IMG/VR virus record: IMGVR_UViG_3300021400_000529
Location: 64,001-128,000 of that record
Length of the DNA stretch: 64,000 nucleotides
Reading direction: 5' to 3' (one strand)
DNA from: a virus
Taxonomy: Duplodnaviria; Caudoviricetes
Part shown: positions 18,478-28,986 of the stretch, piece after piece
How positions within the stretch are numbered: position 1 is the stretch's first letter
Layout: every line of letters starts with the position of its first letter
Notes under the pieces: generated by a model
What the model saw: the letters and a program-made list of their open reading frames with translations, nothing else
Databases searched by the model: none
Told to the model about the DNA's origin: nothing
Position numbers and translations under genes: made by a program

Positions 18478-19665
18478 ATGAGTGAATTACAATCAATAAT
18501 GGATAAAGTAGAAGAATCATACAAGTCAATGGTAATCGATAACTTTGGAGCTTCAGTACTTCAACCAGGTTACTTTGATAAATATGTTGAATATGCTACA
18601 AGAGATACATCAATTCTCGTTGATGCTAGACAAATTATCATGGATCAACAAGTAGTGAACATTGACAGAACAGGTTTCACTGGCCGTATCCTTGAACCTG
18701 GTAGAGAAACAAGAGTACCAAAAAGAGCAAAACCAGAAGTAAGACAGGAAAGATTAATTGCTAATGAACTTGTTGCTGATGTTGCTATTACTGACCAAGC
18801 TCTTCGTAGAAACATTGAAAGAGGTGGATATGAAGATACACTTATTAACATGATGGCTGCTCAAGCTGGTGCTGACTGGGAATCATACGCTGTGCTTGGT
18901 AACAGAGGATTAGCAGAAGAAAATCCCGAAATTGACCCATTATTAACAGAACAAAACGGTTGGATTGCTAAATGTAGAAACCACATTTACAGTGATGATA
19001 CTGAAATTGCTGGTGCAAAACAAGGTAAAGAAGTACAGACTATGCTTCGTTCCATGTTAAAACATTACCCACAGGAATACAGGGGAGACAGAAGAAGTCT
19101 TGTATACTACCTTGATTCTGATACATTTGATGATTATGTAGAAGAAGTTGGAGAAAGACCAACAATTGCTGGGGACGATGCTATAAGTAATTACATTGCA
19201 AGACCATATAAAGGTATTGAAATCAGAGAAGCTCCAGTATTAAACGAAGCTAGAGATATTGAAGGAGTTGGAACTACCGCAATGCTTGTAAACCCAGACA
19301 ACCTTGTATATGGTATCTTTGAAAATGTAACTATTGAAAGAGATAGAAATGTAAGAAGAAGATTAACTGACTTTGTATTAACAATGGAAGTTGACCAAGC
19401 ATTTGAAAACCCATTCCTTTGTGTATGTGCTCACCCTGATGTTGCTGAAGAAGACAGTGTTGCTGAAGCTGAATCTGATTACAGTAACTTCCATCATAAT
19501 GGTAAGGGTACTTATGAATACATCAACAAAAAAGGTTACTTACCAGATACTGGAAATGGACCTCACAACACAAGATATGATGCAACACATGATATTGACC
19601 CAAGTTCATACACTACAAGTGGTACCGTAACTCCGGGCAATGGTAATGGTCAAGACGGAGGATAA
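18478..19665 (+). CDS. Major capsid protein (HK97 fold)
   Basis: Start MSELQ after GGAGA. VLQPGYF, ALRRNIE, YKGIEI..AP and NPDNLVYG fit an HK97-type capsid; position after the protease. Confidence 0.85.
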   Translation: MSELQSIMDKVEESYKSMVIDNFGASVLQPGYFDKYVEYATRDTSILVDARQIIMDQQVVNIDRTGFTGRILEPGRETRVPKRAKPEVRQERLIANELVADVAITDQALRRNIERGGYEDTLINMMAAQAGADWESYAVLGNRGLAEENPEIDPLLTEQNGWIAKCRNHIYSDDTEIAGAKQGKEVQTMLRSMLKHYPQEYRGDRRSLVYYLDSDTFDDYVEEVGERPTIAGDDAISNYIARPYKGIEIREAPVLNEARDIEGVGTTAMLVNPDNLVYGIFENVTIERDRNVRRRLTDFVLTMEVDQAFENPFLCVCAHPDVAEEDSVAEAESDYSNFHHNGKGTYEYINKKGYLPDTGNGPHNTRYDATHDIDPSSYTTSGTVTPGNGNGQDGG

Positions 19666-19682
19666 AATAGTAACATTTCTTT

Positions 19683-19732
19683 TTTTTTAGGAAGTAATAT
19701 GTGTATATAATCACTTATTTTTTCCTAAAAAA
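19683..19732 (+). terminator. Stem-loop after the capsid gene
   Basis: TTTTTTAGGAA / TTCCTAAAAAA inverted repeat next to a T-tract. Confidence 0.5.
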
Positions 19733-19805
19733 TACTCTTCCCTTTGAATTATTAAATGTAAGTATGAACATTTATTGTAAATAATACTAAATTGGTGATT
19801 TGATT

Positions 19806-20201
19806 ATGTCTGAACATTATTTAAAAGGAGCCACATGGGTTCTTCAAAATGAAAATTTTAAGTATGAAGGAGTACTTGATGAGAATGGAAAAACTGATTT
19901 AAGAAACATTGCATTAGGTGAGTATGAGTTCACATTATCCAAAAAAGGATATGAAACAAAAACAATTGAAGTAATTGTTTCACCAGAACCAATCAATATA
20001 GAAGTAGACTTAGAACCTTTACCTAAACCGGAATTGGTGGAAGAAAAACCTAAACCCAAAAAGACCTCAAAAAAGAAAACAACCAAAAAAACTGAAAAAA
20101 AGGTTGAAGAAGAAGTAGTAGTAGAAAAACCTAAAAAAACTACTCGTAAAAAAACCTCAAAAAAGAAAACTACTAAAAAAGCTGAAGAAAAAAAAGAATG
20201 A
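19806..20201 (+). CDS. PEGA/prealbumin-like domain protein with Lys-rich tail
   Basis: LDENG....LGEYEFTLSKKGYE motif; KKTSKKKTTKK occurs twice. Confidence 0.6.
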   Translation: MSEHYLKGATWVLQNENFKYEGVLDENGKTDLRNIALGEYEFTLSKKGYETKTIEVIVSPEPINIEVDLEPLPKPELVEEKPKPKKTSKKKTTKKTEKKVEEEVVVEKPKKTTRKKTSKKKTTKKAEEKKE

Positions 20202-20268
20202 AAAGGGGTTAATACAGATAACTCCAAAAGCAGACAAACAATTTTTTTATTTGGAGTGAATTGTAAAA

Positions 20269-21057
20269 TTGCCTGAATTAACAACACAAGAAAATAAAAT
20301 AATTAAAGATATTTTATTTCATTTAGATGGATGGAGAGTAAATGACCATCCTAAAGAAACACGGAAAATAGAATCGTTCCTTGACCCAGATGAAGTTGGT
20401 TTTGATAATGAGGTACGGAAGGAAGTAAGTAGTAAGGAAGTATTGCATGTTTATGATATGGCTAAAATTCATGCCTTGAATTATATTAGACGAAAAGAAT
20501 TTCCAAATAATCCGGCTGTTTATCAAGCCATTTGTTACTGGGCTGCTGGATTACTATCAGAGAAAGCTAGTTTTCGTGATGATCACATTAAAAATGATTA
20601 TAATTTAATTGAAGAAGCAAGGAAACTACTTAGTCCTTATGTTAAAAGGAATGATGAGTTTTTCCTTGTTCGTGGTGATGATTTTTTCTGGGAAGAATAT
20701 ATGCAATCTGAAAGACATCCTCATCCAAGAAGGGATAGAATTCCATGGGAACCTGATGAGGATGGTGATGAGGAAAAGGAGCGATTAATTCATGGACATT
20801 TCCATGAACACCATAAAGAACATTTCCATCACAAACCACATCGTAAACCTAAACATCATTGTCCAAGAAGAAAAGATCCTTTTGTTGAAAATGCAAAGAA
20901 TTGGATAAACAATATTAAAACCAACAAGTTTGACATTGATGTACGCATGGATGTTGATGAAGAGTTTGGTTCGGTTAAGTTTAACATTTATTTGAAGCGA
21001 TTTGGTAAACCTTGTGATAGGGGTAAGGTAATGTTATATGTGTATGAAGATGAATAA
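20269..21057 (+). CDS. Head-tail adaptor-like protein with His-rich insert and C-terminal half Ig domain
   Basis: Helical gp6/gp15-like N-terminus (A..YI......AVYQAICYWAA...A.KLLSPYV); TTG start after GGAG. Confidence 0.55.
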   Translation: MPELTTQENKIIKDILFHLDGWRVNDHPKETRKIESFLDPDEVGFDNEVRKEVSSKEVLHVYDMAKIHALNYIRRKEFPNNPAVYQAICYWAAGLLSEKASFRDDHIKNDYNLIEEARKLLSPYVKRNDEFFLVRGDDFFWEEYMQSERHPHPRRDRIPWEPDEDGDEEKERLIHGHFHEHHKEHFHHKPHRKPKHHCPRRKDPFVENAKNWINNIKTNKFDIDVRMDVDEEFGSVKFNIYLKRFGKPCDRGKVMLYVYEDE

Positions 21058-21075
21058 AATGATGGAGAAAATGCA

Positions 21076-22326
21076 ATGAGAAAAGAGTTAATAGGAACAG
21101 CTGAAGTACATGATGGAAGAGCTGAATATATATGGAACATTGATGAAAACATTTCTCCAGGAAATAAGAAAATATATATAGCATACCTTGGCGAAGATGA
21201 ATACATGGTTTCTGAATCATGGGAAAACATCACAATCAAAATTCCTACAAGCACTGTGTTGGAACAGGAAGAAATTACTACAAATCCTACTGTGAATAAT
21301 GATCATCCAGTTATCGTTACTTTGAATGCCATAGTCAATAACAGTAAATTGTTGGAACCGGTCCCTAATGGGAAGGTTCAGTTTCAGATTAAAACAGAGT
21401 TAGATGATATTTATGTTAATGTGGGTAATCCTGTTGATGTTGTGAATGGTGTTGCAAGTTATAATTATACTGTTCCAAGGACACCTCAGACCACTATTTT
21501 AATCCGAGCTATTTATCTAGGAACTTCTTTGTATAGTGGTAGTGAATGTTTAACTCCAACCACAATGACTATCAGAGGAACTGTGGATTTAAGTATTAAA
21601 TCGTTAAGAACTAATCAAGGTAATACTGAGACCATATCTGCAACCGTTAAAACATTTGATGGTGAAACTGTTGAAAGTGGTAGTTTAAACTTTTATTTGG
21701 ATAATCAGAAAATTAAAACCATTTCTGCCATAACTTCACAGAAAGTTGAGTTTGAGTATGTATTCCCTCAAAACATTAACAGTGGTGAACACCAGTTGAA
21801 AGTGGAATATATGGGTAGTGATGATTATAGTGGTGGTTACGCTACCAATATTGTTTATATTCGTTCAAGAACATTCATAGATGACAGTATTGTTTATGCT
21901 CATCCAACGGTTGTGGAGAATAATGAAGTTGTGCAAGGTATTGCTACGATTCCTATAAGAGTGTTGGATGATGATGGTAACATTGTTCCTGAGGGTACTG
22001 TGGAATTTACCTGTAACGGTACCACTGAAACTGTGAATTTTGGTGTTAATACGAGTAGGGAAATTAGTTATAATATTCCTTTGGGTATGCAGGGTGGTGA
22101 TGAAATTCCGTTTACTCTTTCATACCAAGAGAACTTCAATTATCAGTCATGTACAATACAATCCAGTATTGTTATAAAATTTCGAACAACAGTAGAACTC
22201 GATGACTTTGAAGGTAATCAAGGTGATACTGTAACTTTAAGAGCTTTTGTGACTGATGAACGGGGTGATGATGTGGATGAAGGAGAAGTGGAATTTGGAA
22301 TGGAAACCAACTCTGATGATGTATAA
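21076..22326 (+). CDS. Ig-like repeat virion protein (half + 3 + half domains)
   Basis: Big_3-like repeats with G.V.F, NG.A and Y.G...Y motifs. Confidence 0.75.
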   Translation: MRKELIGTAEVHDGRAEYIWNIDENISPGNKKIYIAYLGEDEYMVSESWENITIKIPTSTVLEQEEITTNPTVNNDHPVIVTLNAIVNNSKLLEPVPNGKVQFQIKTELDDIYVNVGNPVDVVNGVASYNYTVPRTPQTTILIRAIYLGTSLYSGSECLTPTTMTIRGTVDLSIKSLRTNQGNTETISATVKTFDGETVESGSLNFYLDNQKIKTISAITSQKVEFEYVFPQNINSGEHQLKVEYMGSDDYSGGYATNIVYIRSRTFIDDSIVYAHPTVVENNEVVQGIATIPIRVLDDDGNIVPEGTVEFTCNGTTETVNFGVNTSREISYNIPLGMQGGDEIPFTLSYQENFNYQSCTIQSSIVIKFRTTVELDDFEGNQGDTVTLRAFVTDERGDDVDEGEVEFGMETNSDDV

Positions 22327-24509
22327 TGACAGTACAAGTAAGTAATATTGATGAATATATTTCCTATTTAACAGATTCGTTGGTTGTTCCTGAAAGTGTT
22401 GTTGTTGGTGAATCTTGTATATGTTATTTTTATAATACTGAGGGTGTAGAATGGATTGGGTCTGGCACAAGACCTATTATCTATTTGAGTTGTTCTTTCA
22501 CAGAAGTCACAGATACTTCTGCTTATGCCATTTCCCAGAATGGTGATGTTGCAATTGCCAACACCACCTCTGTTCCTAATGGAGTTATTGGTCAATGGGA
22601 TGACCTTGTTAAAAGTACTAATCATACAAAACCCAATTGTGTTATGTGGGAATCCACTTATTCTCAAACTGGTACATACAATGTAACAGTTACTTTCAGA
22701 AGAGGTGGTACAAATTATGATGTTACTCGAAGTGTTGAAGTTACTAATGATATAATTGCAACTGCCACTACTACTGTTAAAAACGGGATAAGTACCACAG
22801 GATATGATGTTTTAAAGCCATATTCTGTATATACTGCTTTTTATTCTAATGGTTTGGTGGAATGTTGGGCTTTTGATTTATCATTCACTATTGAAGATAT
22901 TGATGTTGAAGGAGATTGGGGTTGGAGTGATGGTGATGACCTTTTACTTTATGTATATCCAACAAACAATATTCAGACATTATTTGATGATATAACACAT
23001 GAAGGGTATACGATTGACCCGGAGAATGGGATTAGTTATGTTCCACATGATGATTTGGAATTTGTTAGTGGTACAAATACTGTTCTTGTTACTTATGTAG
23101 CTGGTATGGAGTATCCCGATTATTCCTATCCTTATGTTACTTTGAATGACCATGAGTATGAGTGGAATTATTCTGAGGAAACTATTACTCAATCAACCCT
23201 TATTTTTAGGAATGGTCATTCAAGTAATGATTTTGTTGCTGGTCAGACTTATCAGATTACTGCAAGGTATTTGGAGAATGATGGTTATGAGGGTTCAGTG
23301 GATATTGGTGAATTGGAAATACTCAAGTATCCAACCACTACAACAATAAGTGGTAGTTCAAGTGTTACAATAGGAGAAAACTTGACTTTATCAATAGTTG
23401 TAAAAGAAAACAACAACAACACAACCTTAACCAATGGATACATAACAGTATACGATGGAACAGACATTGTACAACAAAACTATGCAATCACAGGTAATAG
23501 TACACAAATAACATTCACACCATCAACCACAGGAACACACAACATATACGCCATATTCACAGACAGTGGAACAACATACAACACAAGCCGAAGCAACACA
23601 TTAACAGTTACTGTGAACAAAAAACCATCAACAATTACCACCAATGTAAACTCCATAGAAACCATCTCCGGAGAACAGAAAACAATCAATGGAACATTAA
23701 CAACAAATGGAACAGGTATTTCTGGAGCAAACATCACAGTAAGTGATTCAAACAACAATGTTTTAATGACGGTTACAACAGATTCCAATGGTGCTTTCAC
23801 ATTCAACTACACACTTGAAAATCTCAATGATTACAACAATAATTTGAGTGTGGAATATGGTGGAACAAACATAATTTCGGCATCATCCAAGAGTATTCAG
23901 GTACTGCCGTATCAGGGAATGATTTATGATTTATGTAATTCTTTAAGTAATTGGAATGTTACTGATTCTGGTAATTCTGCAACATTGGCTACTGTTGGTG
24001 GTTCAACTGCTGTAAAATCACCCTCCACAGATTATCAGAGAGTTTATTGGAAATATCCATTGGTAATTGGAAGTGAAGGTTTGTTCAAATTTAAGATTTA
24101 CAGTAATGCTTCCAACAATGCAATCATACTGGGTACTATGAAAAAATACAACAATGACCATATGACAAATGTAAAAAGTTGGTGGTATGGTCTTGGAAGT
24201 AGTAGAAACTGGACTAATGGACCAAAAAACAGTCAGAACCGACATGGTGGAACAAGAATGAGTAATAATACATGGCACATCATTGAGTTCAGATTAAATG
24301 ACCATCTGTTGGATACTTTACAGGATGGAACAAGTATTGGAACATATACCATTCCTACATTGGATGAGAATAACACTTATTTTAATGATTATTTGTTTTT
24401 GGCTATTACTGGTGTTATTCATATTAAGGATATTGAGTATATGTGTGATGTGTCAGTTTCTGATGGAACATTGCAGAGTATAAGGAATGCTCACTTATCA
24501 CAATTTTAG
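22326..24509 (+). CDS. Ig-repeat adhesin with C-terminal ConA/LamG-like domain
   Basis: Ig repeats (GTHNIYAIF, TTDSNG); C-terminal NNTWHIIEF..DGT..G beta-sandwich motif. Confidence 0.6.
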   Translation: MTVQVSNIDEYISYLTDSLVVPESVVVGESCICYFYNTEGVEWIGSGTRPIIYLSCSFTEVTDTSAYAISQNGDVAIANTTSVPNGVIGQWDDLVKSTNHTKPNCVMWESTYSQTGTYNVTVTFRRGGTNYDVTRSVEVTNDIIATATTTVKNGISTTGYDVLKPYSVYTAFYSNGLVECWAFDLSFTIEDIDVEGDWGWSDGDDLLLYVYPTNNIQTLFDDITHEGYTIDPENGISYVPHDDLEFVSGTNTVLVTYVAGMEYPDYSYPYVTLNDHEYEWNYSEETITQSTLIFRNGHSSNDFVAGQTYQITARYLENDGYEGSVDIGELEILKYPTTTTISGSSSVTIGENLTLSIVVKENNNNTTLTNGYITVYDGTDIVQQNYAITGNSTQITFTPSTTGTHNIYAIFTDSGTTYNTSRSNTLTVTVNKKPSTITTNVNSIETISGEQKTINGTLTTNGTGISGANITVSDSNNNVLMTVTTDSNGAFTFNYTLENLNDYNNNLSVEYGGTNIISASSKSIQVLPYQGMIYDLCNSLSNWNVTDSGNSATLATVGGSTAVKSPSTDYQRVYWKYPLVIGSEGLFKFKIYSNASNNAIILGTMKKYNNDHMTNVKSWWYGLGSSRNWTNGPKNSQNRHGGTRMSNNTWHIIEFRLNDHLLDTLQDGTSIGTYTIPTLDENNTYFNDYLFLAITGVIHIKDIEYMCDVSVSDGTLQSIRNAHLSQF

Positions 24510-24525
24510 TTAAGGATGAGGATTT

Positions 24526-24738
24526 ATGTTTGAAGAATATATATTAGGATTGGGATTTATTGGTTTGTTCATACTGGTATTGATTATTTTACTTATTCCT
24601 TTGATTATTACAGTGGTTGTTGGAGTAACCTTGGCTAATTATTTAGGATTAACTGGATTTGTATGGTGGTGTTTTGTTATACTGTTTTATCTTGTGATTT
24701 CCACTATACTAAGTGTGAGAACCAACAGTAAACTATAA
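24526..24738 (+). CDS. Small membrane protein
   Basis: 70 aa, almost entirely hydrophobic; GAGG RBS. Confidence 0.6.
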   Translation: MFEEYILGLGFIGLFILVLIILLIPLIITVVVGVTLANYLGLTGFVWWCFVILFYLVISTILSVRTNSKL

Positions 24739-24791
24739 AAAAAAGAAACATTTTAGTAAATGTAATAAATTTAATAAAATAAGAACTAACG

Positions 24792-25007
24792 ATGAAAAAA
24801 CAACAGAGAGATAATGTATTAAATATTACCTATGGATTTGTGGCTATCACCATACTTGCCATACTGATGATTGTGTTTTTGGTCAGACACATTTTATCTG
24901 ATGATTATGGGCTGCTTATGGTGGCGGATATAATCATTTTAATATTGGATGTTTTCTTGATTTATAGAACACACAAACAGTTGAAGGAGTATTTAGGAAG
25001 AATATAA
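24792..25007 (+). CDS. Small two-TM membrane protein (holin-like?)
   Basis: Two hydrophobic helices with basic termini. Confidence 0.55.
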   Translation: MKKQQRDNVLNITYGFVAITILAILMIVFLVRHILSDDYGLLMVADIIILILDVFLIYRTHKQLKEYLGRI

Positions 25008-25024
25008 TAAGTAAAGGTGTATTT

Positions 25025-25498
25025 ATGTCTGGTTGGTATGGACATACTATAACAGTAAATATTGATGAATCTTTTAAATTCCCAAAGATCGGAGGAAAAC
25101 TTGCATTCCTGAATCCCTACGTCAATGAGGAAGTGGATAGATTAAATAGGAAACTGAAATTTGCTGGTTCAAGAATTTCCTATGACATTGCCTTGATGAG
25201 TCAAACATATCAAAGAAGAGCAATAACAGATTTGGATGCTGTAGATACGGGAAGATTAAGGGATAGTGTCCGTATTACTGGTAATGGTTTAACAAGTCAT
25301 ATCGGAACCGATTTATTTTATGCTGAAACTGTGCATGATATAGGATATAAGAACCAAACAATTTTCAATATTAATGGGATAACAATTAGAGGACATAGTG
25401 ATATTGGTCCAAGACCGTGGACAGAAGTTTCGGCGGGTATGGTTTTGGAAAAGATTGATGGGATAGTGGATGGTCATCTGAATAAGATATTTGATTGA
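25025..25498 (+). CDS. HK97 gp10-like neck/tail completion protein
   Basis: AVDTGRLRDS, YAETVH.G and PRPW motifs. Confidence 0.8.
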   Translation: MSGWYGHTITVNIDESFKFPKIGGKLAFLNPYVNEEVDRLNRKLKFAGSRISYDIALMSQTYQRRAITDLDAVDTGRLRDSVRITGNGLTSHIGTDLFYAETVHDIGYKNQTIFNINGITIRGHSDIGPRPWTEVSAGMVLEKIDGIVDGHLNKIFD

Positions 25499-25524
25499 AA
25501 ACATATTCACCCCTTTTTTTTATA

Positions 25525-25537
25525 TTTTATAATAAAA
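25525..25537. promoter_or_regulatory. Palindrome TTTTATAATAAAA upstream of the tail genes
   Basis: Exact match to the recurrent palindrome; extends to 17 bp (25523-25539). Confidence 0.4.
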
Positions 25538-25553
25538 TACACTTGAAATATAT

Positions 25554-26240
25554 GTGTCCAAAATAATCTCAAAAGAAAATGGAAAAGGTAATGCAAAGAT
25601 AATCATGGAAGAAAAAAAGAAAGGATATGAATGGCTTGAAAGTGATGTTCAAATAATGAACCTTTTACTTGAAAAACAAGCACAGGGTGATGAAATCCTA
25701 AATCTTTTCAACATTCAATTCATGGATGATTCATACTTAAATGAGGACATGGAAGAAATGAACCGTATCTATGTTGTTCGAGACAGAACTGTTAATGATG
25801 GAAAACCCACTACATTCGAGGGAGATGGTTATCACTGTTTTGTGGAAATAATCATCAGAACAAGCAACCACAACTATATTCAGGCACAACAATTACTTAA
25901 AACTGCTGTAGTATGTATTGACCAACATATTGAAATGGACAACCTAAGCAAATGGACAGAAATAAGAGAGATTGTACCAAAATATGAGAAACCAGGCAAA
26001 CTACGGGAGTACCGTTTAGAATTGTTATGTTATGAAATCAAGGAAAAGGTTGCTTATCCTCAACTGTGTAGTGAAGATTTAAGGGTGGATTTATGTGTTC
26101 AAATTGGTATAGAAAATACTGATAAAGAATGGCATAAAATATATCCACATATTAATAGAAGAAATGACATGATACAACTTCATTCAAGGGAAGAGTTAGA
26201 AGAAGAGCAGATAGACGAAAGAAAATTTGTGAGAGGTTGA
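25554..26240 (+). CDS. Putative tail terminator/completion protein
   Basis: Position between the gp10-like gene and the sheath; size fits. Start codon uncertain. Confidence 0.45.
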   Translation: MSKIISKENGKGNAKIIMEEKKKGYEWLESDVQIMNLLLEKQAQGDEILNLFNIQFMDDSYLNEDMEEMNRIYVVRDRTVNDGKPTTFEGDGYHCFVEIIIRTSNHNYIQAQQLLKTAVVCIDQHIEMDNLSKWTEIREIVPKYEKPGKLREYRLELLCYEIKEKVAYPQLCSEDLRVDLCVQIGIENTDKEWHKIYPHINRRNDMIQLHSREELEEEQIDERKFVRG

Positions 26241-26252
26241 ATAAGATAAAAA

Positions 26253-28871
26253 ATGGTAAATGTAGATATTAGAACACGAGTAGAACTCAAAAACGAAACC
26301 ATCCATAACAATGGAACAATTGGTTCAGCTGGTCGTGTAGCTCTTATCGGTGCATTCCCGAGTGGGAAACAAAGAACATTTGCTGCCGAAAGTTTTGCCA
26401 AACTATGTAACCATTATGGAGTAAAACTTAACAGTACTGCTGTTAACTGGTACTCTGGTGTACGTGCAGCTAGACGTATATTTATGGAAGGTATCAACGG
26501 TTATAGAGGAGCTAGTTCAGTAACTTGTGTTAACATTTGTAAACTGAAACCAAACTATTTTGAAGATGTTTCACCATTATACAAAGATACATATGATGAA
26601 ATTGAACAAGGTTATGATACTGAAAAGAAAACATTAACTGGTTCACTTGGAATAAATACCCAAACCAACAAATATATTCCGGATGGTGATGCTTTAAAAC
26701 AAGATGTGAGTTTATCATTCGAAAAACTCAAAAAAGCATTATTCAGTATTGCCGACGAAGATATGGATTTGTTATTCATAGCCAATGATTTGTGGGAAAT
26801 TTTTGATAATCCGTTAAAAGAAAGAATTGAATATCCTGCATTATATTATGGGAAATTAGATGCTAAAGAAGCCGATGCTTTGAATTATGAACAGCATTAT
26901 GTTGTTGTAAACGAATATGGAGTTCCTGTAACAGTTAAAGAACCAGTAGTGGATGCAAATGGAAATCAAGTAACAGATGAAAATGGAAATCTTCAATATA
27001 CCGAACATCTCAAATGCCCATTTCTTACAAGGTTTAGGGAAGATGGTGTTGAAGAATTAGCATGGACTCCTGCGACTGAAGTAGTCGATGAAAATGACAA
27101 ATATGCCAACACAAGCACCCCTAGAAAATCCCAAATAATTGATGAAAATGAAAAATTTGTATGGGCTGATGATGGTCATGGTTCTAAAAAATGGCAATTC
27201 ATCACAGAAGAAACAAAAACATCACCTTTTACCGGATTAATGCCTGGTGAAAAAGTACAAAGAGTGTATTTTGATAGGGATGGTTTAAACTGGCAAGTAT
27301 CACCTGCTTTCTACAAAAGACAAGATATATTGGACAACGTAGTAAGAGACAAAACACAGGAAAAACAACCAGCTACTTCATACATAGTTCCAACCAAAAA
27401 TAAAACACCTGTTCTCCTTAACACAGATATGGCTCAATGGTATATTGACACTTTATTCGGGTCTTCTATGCAAACCGTAACGGTCAAAGACCCAGTTACG
27501 AACGAAAACGTATCTAAAAAGGTTGCTAAACAATATATTAAACCGTTTAGAATTGTTGTTAAGATAAAAGACAACACTCCTGTATTCGTAGATGGTGCAT
27601 TAAAATGTCCTTATAAAACAAAAGAAGAGAATGGTAACATAGTTTATGATAAGGTTGATGGAAAATTACAGGAACTTGGAGAATATGGTAGTACTGGTGA
27701 TCAGAACCTTGCGTATGGTGAAAAATTAGCTTATGGGTATTTCTTCAATGATGGTTCCTCAAATGCCTCTTCACCACAATGGTATACAACTCATGCTGAT
27801 AAGTTGTATTATAATAATTTCTATGGTACTTTAAAAGAATATGGTGAGTTGAAAGACAGTAATGGTGTCACTGTTTATGGTATAACTGACAAAGGCAAAT
27901 ATATCAGAAATATTGGTGATGTATATGATTATATTATCGACTTTGTTGACAATGAATTCACCAACCATCGTCCAGTGAATTATGTTGGTGCTGTTAAAAC
28001 AAGAGGAAAACCTGAAGGTAGTGAAAATAATTATACACTGCAAGGGATTGGTAGTGAAATCATCAGAGTAAACAGTGAACGATACAACTATGAAGATGAA
28101 ACCAACGCTACTAAAAAAGCAAGATACACACCTACGGAATCCAATCCTTATGCTGATATTACAACATGGGGTGCTGTTGACATAGCTAACTTGTTTAAAC
28201 GCAAATCCAATGAATTAACCACTTGTGGATTATTCTATCAAGGGGGTATTATTGGTAATGGTTCAAGTGATGGTGAAGAAGTTGATGCTATGGAACTTGC
28301 AGCTCATATAACGGGTTGGATTTGTAGTATTCCATTGGAACAGGATTTAACTTATCAGACTATTCCTGGTTTACTTGCTGTGGATGAAGAACCATTCCTT
28401 GGTGAGTATGATGCTGGTAATATGTTGAACTTGGCCGGTATTCAAGTTATAAGACCTAAGAGTCGGTTGGATAAGACATTCTATGTGAATAATAGTATTA
28501 TGCCTAGTGGTTGGCATACTAATCATGTTCGTAGTGTTACTTATCTTCTTAAACGTTTACAGTTTGAGTCTGGTCTTGGTATAAATAATTATGTTTCTAA
28601 TACTGAGGCTTATCGTGCAATGCTTGATTCTGTAGCTAAGGAAGTTATGAGTGAATGTGATATTATCCGTGGTGTGACTGTGGGTGATGTTGAAATCATT
28701 AATCATTATCATATTTACATACCTATCTCTATCATGTTGAGTGGTGTTGTAACACTGATTAATATTGGTGTGGGTATGACTCTTGATGAAACTGGTGCTT
28801 GGGGTAGTTATATAAGAACTAATTCTGGTGCTTATGTGAAATCAAGTAATGGATATACATATAGTATTTAA
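26253..28871 (+). CDS. Tail sheath protein with large insertion
   Basis: N-terminal VALIGAF...SFAKL...YG; C-terminal sheath-like region (LAAHITG..LTYQ..LNLAGIQVI..NHVRSV); precedes the tube. Confidence 0.75.
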   Translation: MVNVDIRTRVELKNETIHNNGTIGSAGRVALIGAFPSGKQRTFAAESFAKLCNHYGVKLNSTAVNWYSGVRAARRIFMEGINGYRGASSVTCVNICKLKPNYFEDVSPLYKDTYDEIEQGYDTEKKTLTGSLGINTQTNKYIPDGDALKQDVSLSFEKLKKALFSIADEDMDLLFIANDLWEIFDNPLKERIEYPALYYGKLDAKEADALNYEQHYVVVNEYGVPVTVKEPVVDANGNQVTDENGNLQYTEHLKCPFLTRFREDGVEELAWTPATEVVDENDKYANTSTPRKSQIIDENEKFVWADDGHGSKKWQFITEETKTSPFTGLMPGEKVQRVYFDRDGLNWQVSPAFYKRQDILDNVVRDKTQEKQPATSYIVPTKNKTPVLLNTDMAQWYIDTLFGSSMQTVTVKDPVTNENVSKKVAKQYIKPFRIVVKIKDNTPVFVDGALKCPYKTKEENGNIVYDKVDGKLQELGEYGSTGDQNLAYGEKLAYGYFFNDGSSNASSPQWYTTHADKLYYNNFYGTLKEYGELKDSNGVTVYGITDKGKYIRNIGDVYDYIIDFVDNEFTNHRPVNYVGAVKTRGKPEGSENNYTLQGIGSEIIRVNSERYNYEDETNATKKARYTPTESNPYADITTWGAVDIANLFKRKSNELTTCGLFYQGGIIGNGSSDGEEVDAMELAAHITGWICSIPLEQDLTYQTIPGLLAVDEEPFLGEYDAGNMLNLAGIQVIRPKSRLDKTFYVNNSIMPSGWHTNHVRSVTYLLKRLQFESGLGINNYVSNTEAYRAMLDSVAKEVMSECDIIRGVTVGDVEIINHYHIYIPISIMLSGVVTLINIGVGMTLDETGAWGSYIRTNSGAYVKSSNGYTYSI

Positions 28872-28962
28872 TTATTTATGATTTGTTATGATGGTGGCAT
28901 AATTAATTATATTTCACCTTATAATTATGTCCCTCTTCATAACTTTTACCATAAATAATTAA
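28868..28962 (+). other. Long imperfect stem-loop after the sheath gene
   Basis: TTAATTATTTATG/CATAAATAATTAA, GTTATGA/TCATAAC and GCATAATTA/TAATTATGT nested arms. Confidence 0.55.
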
Positions 28963-28986
28963 TTGATTAACATATATTTTTTAGTT

